Positions 21,640 through 33,944 of a DNA stretch of 64,000 nt are shown in pieces. Made by a program: the position numbers and the translations under genes. Every line of letters starts with the position of its first letter. The first letter of the stretch is position 1. This stretch comes from Heterodontus francisci. Taxonomy: Eukaryota. Under the pieces are notes generated by a model, which had not been told where the DNA came from, did not search any database, and was given only the letters and a program-made list of their open reading frames with translations. The DNA lies in assembly GCF_036365525.1 (NCBI RefSeq), contig NC_090404.1:11312550-11376549 (forward strand). Reading direction: 5' to 3'.

Positions 21640-22088
21640 AGTAGTCGTGGTCCACATCGGAACCAATGACCAAATGCTGGAAACTGGGATTAGGCTATGT
21701 GGATTGTTTTTCTGGCTGGTGCAGACACGATGGGCCAAATGGCCTCTTCCTCGAATTCTATATTTCTATGACGTTGTGAAGATGTTTCCACTTGTTAATG
21801 ATTGGAAATCCATGGGCCATGAATACAGTAACTGATAAATCCAACAGGGAAATAAGGAGAGATTTTTTTTTCTCAGAGAGTGGGTAGAACATGGAAGTGG
21901 TTGAGGCAAATAGTTGAGATGCTTTCAAAAGGAAACAAGGTGAAAACATGAGAGAAAAGAGAACAGAAAGGACTGCTGGAAGGCTGGAATGAGGGAGATG
22001 GAATGGGAGCAGAGGCATGAGGTGTATCAGGACCTGTACAGACCAGTTGGACTGAATGACCTGTTTGTGTACTATGTATTTGTCATTC
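21640..22088 (+). mobile_element. Small old CR1 fragments (ORF1 esterase motif and two 3' tails)
   Basis: VVVHIGTND motif as in the ORF at 27635; atgggccaaatggcctc tail. Confidence 0.6.
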
Positions 22089-22454
22089 AATGCAATATCC
22101 TTTTCCAGGGGATTAGATGGGGAGGATCTGCAAATGACAAACTCAAACCAAACATATCGTTAAGAGTTACTCGATTCATCAGGACCTGAATATCATCATC
22201 CTTTGAATGTGGAAGGAGAAATGTTTGTTCTGTCTTTGGGAAAAGATTTCAAACATCAGTGTGACTGGAAAAGCACCGAGACACACACACCCGAGTGAGT
22301 GTCCCAATGCACTGACTGTGAAAGAGTTTTAACCAGTTACAGAGCCTGAAACACATCACCCCATTCACGGTGGGGAGAAACTGTACACGGGTCTGTGTGT
22401 GGCCGAGACTTCAACTGATCATCCAACCAAGAGAGACACAAGGACACTCGCACC

Positions 22455-23549
22455 ATGGAGAAACCGTGGAAATGTGGAGACTGTGGGAAGGGATTCAAAT
22501 ACCCCTGCCAGCTGGAAGCTCATCGACGTAGTCACACTGGAGAGAGGCCATTCACCTGCTCTGTGTGTGGGAGGGGGTTCAATAATATTTCCAACCTGCT
22601 GAGACACAAGCAAGTTCATACTGGGGAAAGACCATTCATCTGCCTTAAATGTGGGAAGGGGTTTAAAACTTTATCAGCCCTCCAGACACACCAGCCAGTT
22701 CACTCTGATAAGAGACCCTTTAAATGTTCTGATTGCGAGAAGAGATTTAAAAGTAAAAACATGCTACTGCTACACCAACGTACTCATGCTGGGCAGAGGC
22801 CATTCACCTGCTCGAAGTGTGGGAAAGGATTTACTCGCTCAACCCACTTTCTGAAACATCAGCGAATACACACAGGGGAGAGGCCTTTCACCTGCTCAGT
22901 GTGTGCAAAAGGATTTCCTCACTCATCCTGTGTTCTGAGACACCAGCGAATACACACTGGGGAGAAACCATTCACCTGCTCCGAGTGTGGGAAGGGATTC
23001 ATTCAGTCATCCCACCTTCTGAGACACCAACTTGTTCACACAGAAAGGAAACCTTTTAAATGTTGTGACTGTGAGAAGAGATATAAAAGTAAAAATGACC
23101 TACTGCTACATCAACGTACTCACACTGGGGATTGGCCATTCACATGCTCCGTGTGTGCGAAAGGATTTACTCGCTCATCCTGCGTTCTGAGACACGAGCG
23201 AGTTCACACTGGGGAGAAACCATTCACCTGCTCCAAGTGTGGGAAGCGATTCATTCAGTCATTCCACCTTCTGAGACACCAACTTGTTCACACAGCAAGG
23301 AGACCTTTTAAATGTTCTGAATGTGAGAAGAGATATAAAAGTCAAAATGGGCTGCTGCAACATCAACGTATTCACACAGGGGACAGGCCATTCGTCTGCT
23401 CTGTGTGTGGGAAAAGATTTACTCGTTCATCCTGTGTTCTGAGACACCAGCGAGTTCACACTGGGGAGAGGCCTTTCACCTGCTCTGTGCGTGGGATGGG
23501 GTTAGCGACTTCAAAAAAACTACTGAGACACCAGCGAGTTCACAAGTGA
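22455..23549 (+). CDS. C2H2 zinc-finger protein, 13 tandem fingers (last one degenerate), no effector domain in this ORF
   Basis: 364 aa = 13 x 28; starts MEKPWKCGDCGKGF with a good Kozak context (caccATGg); finger 13 has CSVR in place of CSVC. Confidence 0.93.
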   Translation: MEKPWKCGDCGKGFKYPCQLEAHRRSHTGERPFTCSVCGRGFNNISNLLRHKQVHTGERPFICLKCGKGFKTLSALQTHQPVHSDKRPFKCSDCEKRFKSKNMLLLHQRTHAGQRPFTCSKCGKGFTRSTHFLKHQRIHTGERPFTCSVCAKGFPHSSCVLRHQRIHTGEKPFTCSECGKGFIQSSHLLRHQLVHTERKPFKCCDCEKRYKSKNDLLLHQRTHTGDWPFTCSVCAKGFTRSSCVLRHERVHTGEKPFTCSKCGKRFIQSFHLLRHQLVHTARRPFKCSECEKRYKSQNGLLQHQRIHTGDRPFVCSVCGKRFTRSSCVLRHQRVHTGERPFTCSVRGMGLATSKKLLRHQRVHK

Positions 23550-23639
23550 CTGCAGGGATTGGATTCCGTTATTGCTGCTGTGTATCACATCCAGAACTGA
23601 ATCCTGACTGGAAACCTGTTTCTAGTTAGGTTTCCACAG

Positions 23640-24375
23640 GGCTCGACAAGTGGTCGCTTGATTTTCCTAGTATATATCAATAATTAGACTTAAATGATTA
23701 AAAAGTGTGCAGATGATACAAAAATTGGTCGTGTGGTTGATAATGGAGAAGAAAGCTGTAGACTGCAGGAAGACAGCAATGGACTGGTCAGGTGGGCAGT
23801 GGTTAGCACCGCAGCCTCACAGCTCCAGGGACCCAGGTTCAATTCTGGGTACTGCCTGTGTGGAGTTTGCAAGTTCTCCCTGAGTCTGCGTGGGTTTTCG
23901 CTGGGTGCTCCGGTTTCCTCCCACATCCAAAAGACTTGTGGGTGATAGGTAAATTGGCCATTATAAACTTATAGTGTAGGGAGGTGATAGGGAATATGGG
24001 ATTACTGTAGGGTTAGTATAAATGGGTGGTTGTTGGTCAGCACAGACTCGGTGGGCCGAAGGGCCTGTTTCAATGCCGTATCGCTGAATAAAAATTTTTT
24101 TAAACTAAATAAAATTGGCAAATGGAATTCACCAGAGAAGTGTGAGATAATGCGCTTGGGGAGGGTAAACAAGGCAAGGGAGACACAGTGAAAGGTAGGA
24201 TTCTGCCAAATGTAGAGGAACAGAAGGACCTTGGAGTACACACCCACAGATACCTGAATGTAGCAGGACAGGTAGATAAGGTGGTCAAGAAGGCATATGG
24301 GATACTTTTGTTTATTAGCCAAGGCCTGGAGTATAAGAGCAGGGAGATTATACTGGAACTGTATAACACACTAGT
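23640..24375 (+). mobile_element. Decayed CR1 fragment interrupted by a SINE
   Basis: Paralog of 640-1065. Confidence 0.8.
23793..24090 (+). mobile_element. HE1/V-SINE-type SINE
   Basis: gcagtggttagcaccgcagcctcacagctccagggacccaggttcaattc (A/B boxes), V-SINE-like core and CR1-like tail; absent at the paralogous site ~790. Confidence 0.88.
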
Positions 24376-24723
24376 TAGATACTTTATCATATAATTGCAG
24401 TCAGTGTTTAGTTAATCAGATCTAGGGGATAATGTTAACTAACAAGTGATAGTGACAGTAAAAGATTCTGAATTATTTAGTAAATTAAAATCTAATATAT
24501 ATAGATGACAAGAGTTAAGTAAAACATTTAAGCTAACTCCATACAAAATAGAATGACATTAACGTTATGGAAGCAGCTGACAAATGACTATCAGATTAAT
24601 CTTTATTTATTTACATCTTCAGTTTATTCCAGCGAAGTTAATTAATACTCTAATAAATAAAAGCATGGCAGAGCATCTCAGTCCAGTGGAGGGAACATCC
24701 TGTTCCATGTGGCAATACAATGT

Positions 24724-27580
24724 GAGGTGGTGCTATTGTGGTAATGTCATTAGCTAAATAGCCCAGGCAAATGATCTGGAGGCATGGGTTCAAATCCCAT
24801 GGCAGATGATAGCGTTTGAATTCAATTGATGAATTTGGAATTTAAAAAGAAAACATTTGGTTCACTACTGCCCTTTAGGGAAGCAAATCTGCCAGCCATA
24901 TCTGGTTTGGCCTACATATGACTCCAAAATCCACAGCAATGTGGTTGACTCTTAAATTACCTCGCAAGCCACACTGTTGGAGTCATACGGCACTGAAACA
25001 GGCCCTTCAGCCCACTAAATCTGTGCCAACCATCCATCACCCATTTACACTAATCCTACATTAATCCCATGTCCCCTACCACATTCCACCTTCCCTCAAT
25101 TTTCCTACCACCTACCTACACTCAGGGCACTTTACAATGGCCAATTTACCTATCAACCTGTAAGTCTTTGGCTGTGGGAGAGCACTGGAGCACCCACGTG
25201 GTGACAGGGAGAACATGCAAACTCCACACAGGCAGTACCCCAGAATCAAACCCGGGTCGCTGGAGCTGTGGTGCTGACCACTGTGCCACCCTCCCCCCAC
25301 CACCCACACCTCCAAGGCAACAAAGTTGCCTTCTGGCATCGACCTAGGCACCGGAAATGACAAAAACAAAACCAGCCCTGTTGACCCTGTAAAAGCCTCC
25401 TTACTAACAGCTGGAGGAATCAAAACTTACAGGCAATGTCCTCCACACCATCATCACCATCCCTGATCATGTCCTCTCCCACCAGTATGACAGACCTAGA
25501 AGAAGTGGCAGCACAGTGGTGTACAGTTGGGAGGGAATTGCCCTGGAAGTCTTCAACTCCAGACCCCATGAAGTCTCACGGCATCAAGTCAAAGGAAACC
25601 TCCTGCTGATTTCCACCTCCAACCCCTACCCTCCTCAGCTGATGAATCAGTCCTCCTTCATGTTGAATACCAATTGGAAGAAGCAATGAGGGTGGCAAGC
25701 GTATAACATACTCTGGGGCTTCAATGTCCATTGCCAACAGTGGCTCAGTAGCACCACTTCTGGCTGAGTCCTAAAGAACATAGCTGCTAGATTGGGTATG
25801 TGGCAGGTGGTGAGGGAACCAACAAGAGGGAAAATCATAATTGACCTCGTCATCACCAATCTGCCTGCCGCAGATGCATCTGTCCATGACAGTATTGGTA
25901 GGAGTGACACAGAGATACAAATTTGTGGAGACAAATTTACATCTTCACATTGAGGATACCCTTCATCGTGTTGTGTGGCACTACCACCATGTAAAATGGG
26001 ATAGATTTCAAACAGATCTAGCAACTCAAAATTGGGCATTCATAAGGTGCTGTGGCCCAACAGCAGCAGAATTGTACTCAACCACAATCTGTAACCTCAT
26101 GGCCTGGCATATTCTGCACTCCAGCATTATCATCAAGCTGAGGGAGCCAACCCTGATTCAATGAACAGTATAGAAGGGCATGCCACGAGCAGCTCCAGGT
26201 ATACCTCAAACTGAGGAATTTACTTGGTGAAGCTACAACACAGGACAACTGACATGCCAAACAGTGTGCAATAAACAGGGCTGAGTGATCCCACAACCAA
26301 TGGATTAGAGCTAAGATTTGCAGTCCTGTCACATTCAGTCGTGAATGGTGGTGGACAATTAAACAACAGGCAGAATGAGGTGACTCCACAAATATCCCCA
26401 TCCTCAATGATGGCAGTGCCCAGCACATCAGTGCAAACGACTAGGCTGAAGCATTTACAACAATCTTCAGCCAGAATTCCCGAGTGGATGATCCATCTTG
26501 ACCTCCTCCTGAGGTCCCCAGCATCACAGAAGCCAGTCTTCAACCAATCTGATTCACTCCATGTGATATCAAGATATGACTGAAGGCACTGGATGCTACA
26601 AAGGCTATGGGCCTTGACAATATTCCGGCAATAGTACTGAAGACCTTTGCTCCAGAACTTGCTGCGCCCCTAGCCAAGCTGTTCCAGTACAGCTACAACA
26701 CTGGCATCTACCCTGCAATGTGGAAAATTGCCTAGGTATGTCCTGTACACAAAAAGCAGGACAAATCCAGCCTGACCAATTACCGCCCCTTCAGCCCACT
26801 GTCAATCATCAGTAAAGTGATGGAAGGGGTCATTGACAGTGCTATCAAGCGGCACTTGCTTAGCAATAACCTGCTCATGATGCTCAGTTTGGGTTCTGCC
26901 AGGGCCACTCAGCTCCTGACCTCATTACAGCCTTGGTTCAAACATGGACAAAAGAGCTGAGGTGAGAGTGACTGCCCTTGACATCAAAGCAGCATTTGAC
27001 TGAGTATGGCATCAAGGAGCCCGAGCAAAACTGGAGTCAATGAAGATCGGGGGGAAAATTCTCCCCTAGTGGGAGTCATACCTAATGCAAAGGAAGATGG
27101 TTGTGGTTGTTGGCGGTCAATCATTTGAGCTGCAGGACATCAATGCAGGAGTTCCTCAGGGTAGTGTCCTCGGCCCAACCATCTTCAGCTGCTTCATGAA
27201 TAACCTTCCTTCAATCATAAGGTCAGGAGTGGGGATGTGCACTGATGATTGCACAATATTCAGCACCATTTGCAACTCCTCAGATACTGAAGAAGTCCAA
27301 GTAGAAATGGACAACATCCAGGCTTGGGCTGATAAGTGGCAAGTAACATTCGTGCCACACAAGTGCCAAGCAATGACCATCTCCAACAAGGGAGAATCTA
27401 ATCATCTACCCTTGACATTCAATGACATTCCTATCACTGCATCCCCCACTGTCACAATCTGGCAGATCACCATTGTCCAGAACTGAACTTACCACCACAT
27501 TCTCAAGGGCAATTAGGGATGGGAAAGAAATGCAGGACTAGCCAGTGACGCCCACTTCCCATGAACGAATTAAAAAAATA
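24724..27580 (+). mobile_element. Decayed CR1/L2-group LINE with tRNA-like head; nested HE1 SINE (-) at about 24980-25288
   Basis: Paralog of 3684-6660; B box gggttcaaatccc at 24786-24798. Confidence 0.8.
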
Positions 27581-27682
27581 TGTTGAATGTGTTGTCAGCT
27601 GGAGTAGCAGGAAGGAAAGGATAATAGTTGAGAGGTGTTTTTGGACAGAAAGGCTGTTTCCAGTGCGTCCCATGTGGCTCAG

Positions 27683-30600
27683 TACTACATCAAGATCAAG
27701 AAGGGAAGGGGGGAGAATAGGAGAGCGATAGTGATAGGAGATTCAATGGTTAGAGGAACAGACAGGAGATTCTGTGGTCGCAAACGAGACTCCCGGATGG
27801 TATGTTGCCTCCCGGGTGCCAGGGTCAGGGATGTCTCGGATCGAGTCTATGGGATTCTTAAGGGGGAGGGGGAGCAGCCAGAAGTCGTGGTACACATTGG
27901 TACCAATGACATAGCTAGGAAAAGGGATCAGGACCTGAAAAGTGAATATAGGGAGTTAGGTTGGAAGCTAAAAGGCAGGACGAGCAGGATAGTAATCTCA
28001 GGATTGATACCGGTGCCACGTGCTAGTGAGGCTAGAAACAGAGAGCAAGTGCACCTGAACACGTGGCTGCAGAGCTGGTGTAAGAGGGAGGGCTTCAGAT
28101 ATGTGTATCATTGGGATACCTTCTGGGGAAGGAGGGACTTGTACAACAAGGACGGGTTGCATCTGAACTGGAGGGGCACCAATATCCTGGGCGGGAGGTT
28201 TGCTAGCGCTCTTCGGGAGGGTTTAAACTAGTTTGGCAGGGGGATGGGAACCGGAGCTACGGATCAGTGGATGGGGTAGCTGTTGAACAGGCAGATACAG
28301 AGTGCAGAGAGTCTGTGAGGAAGGGTAGAGAGTTGACAGGGCAAAGTTGCAGCCAGTATGATGGGTTGAAGTGTGTCTATTCTAATGCAAGAAGTGTCAG
28401 GAATAAGGATGATGAACTTAGAGCATGGATCAGTACTTGGAGCTACGATGTTGTGGCCATTACAGAGACTGGGATATCACAGGGGCAGGAATGGATGCTG
28501 GATGTTCCGGGGTTTAGATGTTTCAAAAGGAATAGGGAGGGAGGTAAAAGAGGTGGGGGAGTGGCATTGCTAATCAGGGATAGTATCACAGCTGCAGAAA
28601 GGGAGGTCGTCGAGGAGGGTTTGTCTACTGAGTCATTATGGGTGGAATTCAGAAACAGGAAAGGAGCAGTCACTTTATTGGGAGTTTTCTATAGACCCCC
28701 CAATAGCAACAGAGACACGGAGGAACAGATTGGGAGGTAGACATTGGAAAGGTGCAGAAGTAACACGGTTGTTGTCATGGGTGACTTCAACTTCCCTAAA
28801 AGTGATTGGAACCTCCTTAGTGAAAATTGTTTGGATGGAGCAGTTTTTGTCAGGTGTGTCCAGGAAGGTTTCCTGACTCAATATGTAGATAGACCAACTA
28901 GAGGGGAGGCTATGTTGGATTTGGTGCTTGGCAACGAACCAGGCCAGGTGGCAGATCTCTCGGTGGGAGAGCATTTCGGTGATAGTGATCACAACTCCCT
29001 GACCTTTACTATAGTCATGGAGAGGCATAGGAGCAGATGGGATGGGAAAATATTTAATTGGGGGAGGGGAAATTACAGTGCTATTAGGCAGGAACTCGGA
29101 ACAGATGTTCTCAGGGAAATGCACGACAGAAATGTGGAGGTTGTTTAGGGAGCACTTGCTGCGACTGCTGGATAGGTTTGTCCCGATGAGGCAAGGAAGG
29201 GATGGTAGGGTGAAGGAACCTTGGATGACAAGAGATGTGGAACAGCTAGTCAAGAGGAAGAAGGAAGCTTACTTAAGGTTGAGGAAGCAAGGATCAGACA
29301 GGGCTCTTGAAGGTTACAAGGTAACCAGGAAGGAACTGAAGAATGGACTTAGGAGAGCTAGAAGGGGACATGAAAAAGTCTTGGTGGGTAGGATTAAGGA
29401 AAATCCCAAGGCGTTCTACACTTATGTGAGGAACAAGAGAATGGCCAGAGTGAGGGTAGGGCCGATCAGGGATAGTGGAGGGAACTTGTGCCTGGAGTCG
29501 GAGGAGGTAGGGGAGGTCCTTAATGAATACTTTGCTTCAGTATTCACCAGTGAGAGGGACCTGGTCGTTTGTGAGGACAGCGTGGAACAGGCTGATATGC
29601 TCGAACAGGTTGATGTTAAGAGGGAGGACGTGCTGGAAATTTTGAAAGACATGAGGACAGATAAGTCCCCGGGGCCAGACGGGACATACCCAAGGATATT
29701 AAGGGAAGCGAGGGAAGAGATTGCCGCGCCTTTGGCGATGATCTTTGCATCCTCACTGTCCACTGGAGTAGTACCAGATGATTGGAGGGTGGCAAATGTT
29801 CAAGAAAGGGAATAGGGATAACCCTGGGAATTATAGACCAGTCAGTCTTACGTCGTTAGTGGGCAAATTATTGCAGAGGATTCTGAGAGACAGGATTTAT
29901 GATTATTTGGAAAAGCATAGTTTGATTAGAGACAGTCAGCATGGCTTTGTGAGGGGCAGGTCATGCCTCACAAGCCTTATTGAATTCTTTGAAGATGTGA
30001 CAAAACACTTTGATGAAGGAAGAGCAGTGGATGTGGTGTATATGGATTTTAGCAAGGCGTTTGATAAGGTTCCCCATGGTAGGCTCATTCAGAAAGTAAG
30101 GAGGCATGGGATACAGGGAAAGTTGACTGTCTGGATACAGAATTGGCTGGTCCATAGAAGACAGAGGGTGGTAGTAGATGGAAAGTATTCAGCCTGGAGC
30201 TCGGTGACCAGTGGTGTTCCGCAGGGATCTGTTCTGGGACCTCTGCTCTTTGTGATTTTTATAAATGACTTGGATGAGGAAGTGGAAGGCTGGGTTCGCA
30301 AGTTTGCCGATGACACGAAGGTTGCTGGAGTTGTGGATAGTGTGGAGGGCTGTTGTAGGTTGCAATGGGACATTGACAGGATGCAGAGCTGGGCTGAGAA
30401 GTGACAGATGGAGTTCAACCTGGAAAAGTGTGAAGTGATTCATTTTGGAAGGTCGAATTTGAATGCAGAATACAGGCTTAAAAACAGGATTCTTGGTAGT
30501 GTGGAGGAACAGAGGGATCTTGGGGTCCATGTCCATAAATCCCTCACAGTTGCCACCCAATTTGATAAGGCTGTTAAGAAAGCGTATGGTGTGTTGGCTT

Positions 30601-31208
30601 TCATTAACAGGGGGGTTGAGTTTAAGAGCCACGAGGTTATGCTGCAGCTCTATAAAGCCCTGGTTAGACCACACTTGGAATATTGTGTTCAGTGCTGGTC
30701 GCCTCATTATAGGAAGGATGTGGAAGCTTTAGAGAAGGTGCAGAGGAGATTTACCAGGATGCTGCCTGGACTGGAGGGCATGTCTTATGAAGAAAGGTTG
30801 AGGGAGCTAAGGCTTTTCTCATTGGAGCGAAGAAGGATGAGAGGTGACTTGATAGAAGGGTACAAGATGATGAGAGGCACAGATAGAGTGGATAGCCAGA
30901 GACATTTTCTCAAGGTGGAAACGGCTATCACCAGGGCACATAATTTTAAGGTGATTGGAGGAATGTTTAGGGGAGATGTCAGAGGTAGGTTCTTTACACA
31001 GAGAGTGCTGGGTGTGTGGAATGCACTGCCAGCGGTGGTAGAAGACGCAGATACATTAAGGACATTCAAGCGACTCTTGGATAGGTACATGGATGATAGT
31101 GGTATGAAGGGTATGTAGGTAGTTTGATCGTAGAGTAGGTTAAAGGTTCGGCACAACATCGTGGGCCGAGGTGCCTGTACTGTGCTGTATTGTTCTATGT
31201 TCTATGTT
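27683..31208 (+). mobile_element. Long CR1 LINE: ORF1 SGNH-esterase domain plus disrupted ORF2 (endonuclease + RT)
   Basis: GDSM/VVHIGTND/DGLHL in ORF1; [31 protein letters not shown] and FADD in ORF2. Stops at 28738 and 30402, frameshifts near 29100 and 29800; (ttctatg)n tail. Absent from the paralogous site at ~6764. Confidence 0.95.
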
Positions 31209-31219
31209 TAATGTCAGTC

Positions 31220-32080
31220 GGAGGCAGAGCAAGAGAGAGAGGAGCATGGCGGGAGCAGAGAGAGAGAGGAGCATGGTGGGATCAGAGAGAGAGAGGAGCA
31301 TGGTGGGAGCAGAAGAGAGAGGAGCACAATGGGAGCAGAGGTTTAAAAAGTGCGTCAAAAGAACAGAGGTGGAGACAGAGTAAGAGAGAGGAGTACAGCA
31401 GGAGTGGAGAGAGAGGAGCACGGCGGGAGCGGAGAGAGAGGAGCAGGGAGGAAGCAAAGAGAGAGAGGGGGCAGCACGGTGGGAATGGAGAGAGAGGAGC
31501 AGGGCAGGAGTGGAGAGAGAGAGGAGCACGGTGGAAGTGGAGGGAGAGAGAGGAGCAAGGCAGGAACAGAGAGAGAAAGAGAGGAGCACTGCGGGAATGG
31601 AGAGACAGAGGAGCAGGGCGGGAGTGGAGAGAGAGAGAGGAGCATCGCAGGCATGGATAGAGAGAGGAGCAGGGCGGGAGTGGAGAGAGAGAGGAGCACA
31701 GCGGGCGTGGAGAGAGAGAGGAGCACAGCGGGAGTGGAGAGAGAGGAGCAGGGCAGGAGTGGAGAGAGAGATAGAAAAGCAGGGCGGGGGCAGAAGGAGT
31801 GAGAGAGGAGCACTGCCGGAGCGGAGAGACAGAGAGGAGCACGGTGTGAATGGAGAGAGAGAGAGGAGCATGGCAGGCATGGATAGAGAGAGGAGCACTG
31901 CAGAAGCGGAGAGAGAGAGAGAGAGAGGAGCATGGTGGGAGTGGAGAGAGAGAGAGAGGAGCACGGCGAGTGTGGAGAGACAGAGGAGCAGAGCGGGAGC
32001 AGAGAGAGAGTGAGGACTACAGTAGGAGCGGAGAGAGAGAGAGAGGAGCATGGCAGGAGTGGAGAGAGAGGAGAGGAGAA
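31220..32080. repeat. GA-rich satellite (expanded version)
   Basis: Imperfect ~25-30-bp units gagagagaggagcaNggcgggagtg; source of many spurious ORFs. Confidence 0.92.
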
Positions 32081-32150
32081 AGTTTGATCTCTAATTGATC
32101 TGAGAGACAGTTTGATCTCGAATTGACCTGAGAGACAGTTTGATCTCTAA
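32080..32150. repeat. 28-bp minisatellite, about 2.5 copies
   Basis: Same unit as 6946-7942. Confidence 0.85.
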
Positions 32151-33029
32151 ACGAACTGTACAACAGTTTTCTTTTTACTTGAGGGAGTGGAGAGAGAGGA
32201 GCAGAGTGGGAGCGGAGAGAGAGTGAGAGAGAGGGGGGAGCAGAGTGGGAGCGGAGAGAGAGCGAGAGGAGCAGGGCAACTTTCAAAGTTACAAAGACAG
32301 CGTTGAATGTCGATGAAAAATTTCAGTTTATTTCACTCTCTTCACTAATCAGACTGAGGTGGTTGACAGGGTTGGGGACGGGGCGAGGACGAGGTGGTGA
32401 GGTTTCGGTGGGCATCGGTTTTCATTAACCTTCCGTTGGGAGCACCGAGGAGAAGATTTCCTCTGGTTTCTCTGTATTAGCGATATCCCAACCTGAATGG
32501 GAAATGTAATCTGCTGGCTAGTTTAGTAGAATAGCTGCTCATTATCTTAGAATGTGTTCACTTTGCCACTAGCAACAGCGAGCAGAAGAAATCTACCCCA
32601 CCGAGTGGAAACTCCAATGTTGCAAGAGAATGAAATTAATGCTGTCGGCGAGCCATCACCCACCCACAGAAATCAAACACACACTCAGAAAAGGGACGGA
32701 TTTGAGCCCTTTGAGTATAATTACAACCTTCAGCAAAGTTAGTCATTTCTGCGCTGGTTTAAGTAGCGTGAAACAGAAAAATAATACATCGGCATTGAAG
32801 TGGAACCTGAACTGGAACACACACTATACACGGTCAGTTGGCCGATTAAACCTGCGCGGGTTTCTCCTGTTCATCTCTCATTCTGGAATGAGTGAAATCT
32901 AAAATCTGTATTCAGTGCTGTTGGGACCTGTCCTGCGGGAATATTCTATCCGAGTAGTATTTGTCCTATTCAGACATTCACAGGGCGGGTAGTCTGGACA
33001 CACATGGTTCTATTTACAGAGTTGTCTGC

Positions 33030-33335
33030 AGTTTTATTTTCTCTTGGGCACAGAACTGTGAAGCTGTTGGTTTCAGAGCACAGTAATACACGGCGCTGTC
33101 TGACTGATCCGCCCCACAAACTCTCAATTGAAACGTGCTCTCCTCTGTGTTCAGCTCGGCTGTAAAACGATGCTTGGTAAAGTCGGCTGAGAACGTGCCT
33201 TATTTGGTGAGATGTTTCCCCGAGCCGGATGGGGAACCTGCCAGCAACAGAATGGATCAGCGACAGTATCTGTTGCTGTAAAACTACAATTCAGCATCAC
33301 TGTTTCTACTTCCTGCACATTCTCTTCTTTTCGCT
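33030..33335 (-). pseudogene. TCR alpha-like V pseudogene V5 with damaged 23-RSS
   Basis: EENVQEVETVMLNCSFTATDTVADP.../SADFTKHRFTAELNTEESTFQLRVCGADQSDSAVYYCALKP; heptamer decayed to AACAGCT, then 23 bp, then AATAAAACT. Confidence 0.85.
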
Positions 33336-33944
33336 CCCACTCTGTTTGTTGCAGTCACTTGATCAGTGAGCAGTAGCAGTTTATCCAAAGGCATCTAGAG
33401 ATGGAACCATCGCCATTTCCACTCCATCAGCTCCCAGTGCAGCTGTTGGTGGTGCTGTTCCCTGTTTGGTGTTGGTCGGATCAGTAGTGCAGTGGGGCGG
33501 GGATCTGTATTTCTGCTCGGACAGAACTCCCACACTGCTGAGTTACAGACTCAGGGAGCATCATGCGGAACCGGCTCACACCGCTCATCATCATTATATC
33601 ACTTCTCAGGAAATATTCTCAACAAGTACAGTCAGCAACCCCGGACATCTGCCACAGTTTAGGACTTGAGTCTTATGGCCTCACAGTTCGGAGGAGACTT
33701 CATAGTTCTGAAGGTTATTCCTCTATGGTCGATTAATTGGATGCACCCCCTCTATTCAGTTCAGTTCCAGCCAACTGGAGCGCCCCCTGATTGTGACTCT
33801 GACACAGAATGGGAACTTGTTTTATATTTGTTTCACTAAGGTTGAAATTTAAGGTGCTCACGAAACGAACACAGATTGGAAGATTATTGCATTAATAATA
33901 AACATTATTCCTGTGCTGCACTGTTAGTTGGACAGCTGTTGATT

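Noticed and set aside
16300-22455. V-D-J spliced in frame to the zinc-finger exon (receptor-ZNF fusion)
   Set aside because: The J donor is phase 1; joining it to the acceptor at 22107 gives GGG GAT TAG (immediate stop). The region before the ZNF ATG has further stops, and the V itself has a stop.
23793-23870. tRNA genes at SINE heads
   Set aside because: The A/B boxes continue into SINE core and LINE-like tail, so these are tRNA-derived SINEs rather than tRNA genes.
27635-31118. Active CR1 element, or a host esterase gene
   Set aside because: The SGNH esterase is a normal CR1 ORF1 domain. The element is 5'-truncated and ORF2 has two stops and at least two frameshifts.
31140-32286. Long overlapping ORFs (up to 303 aa) on both strands, also at 57917-59063
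   Set aside because: Stop-poor translations of the GA/CT satellite.
33466-33570. LYFC followed by CACACTG (33531-33537) as a V end
   Set aside because: No nonamer at 12 or 23 bp and no upstream Cys/Trp framework; could be chance.
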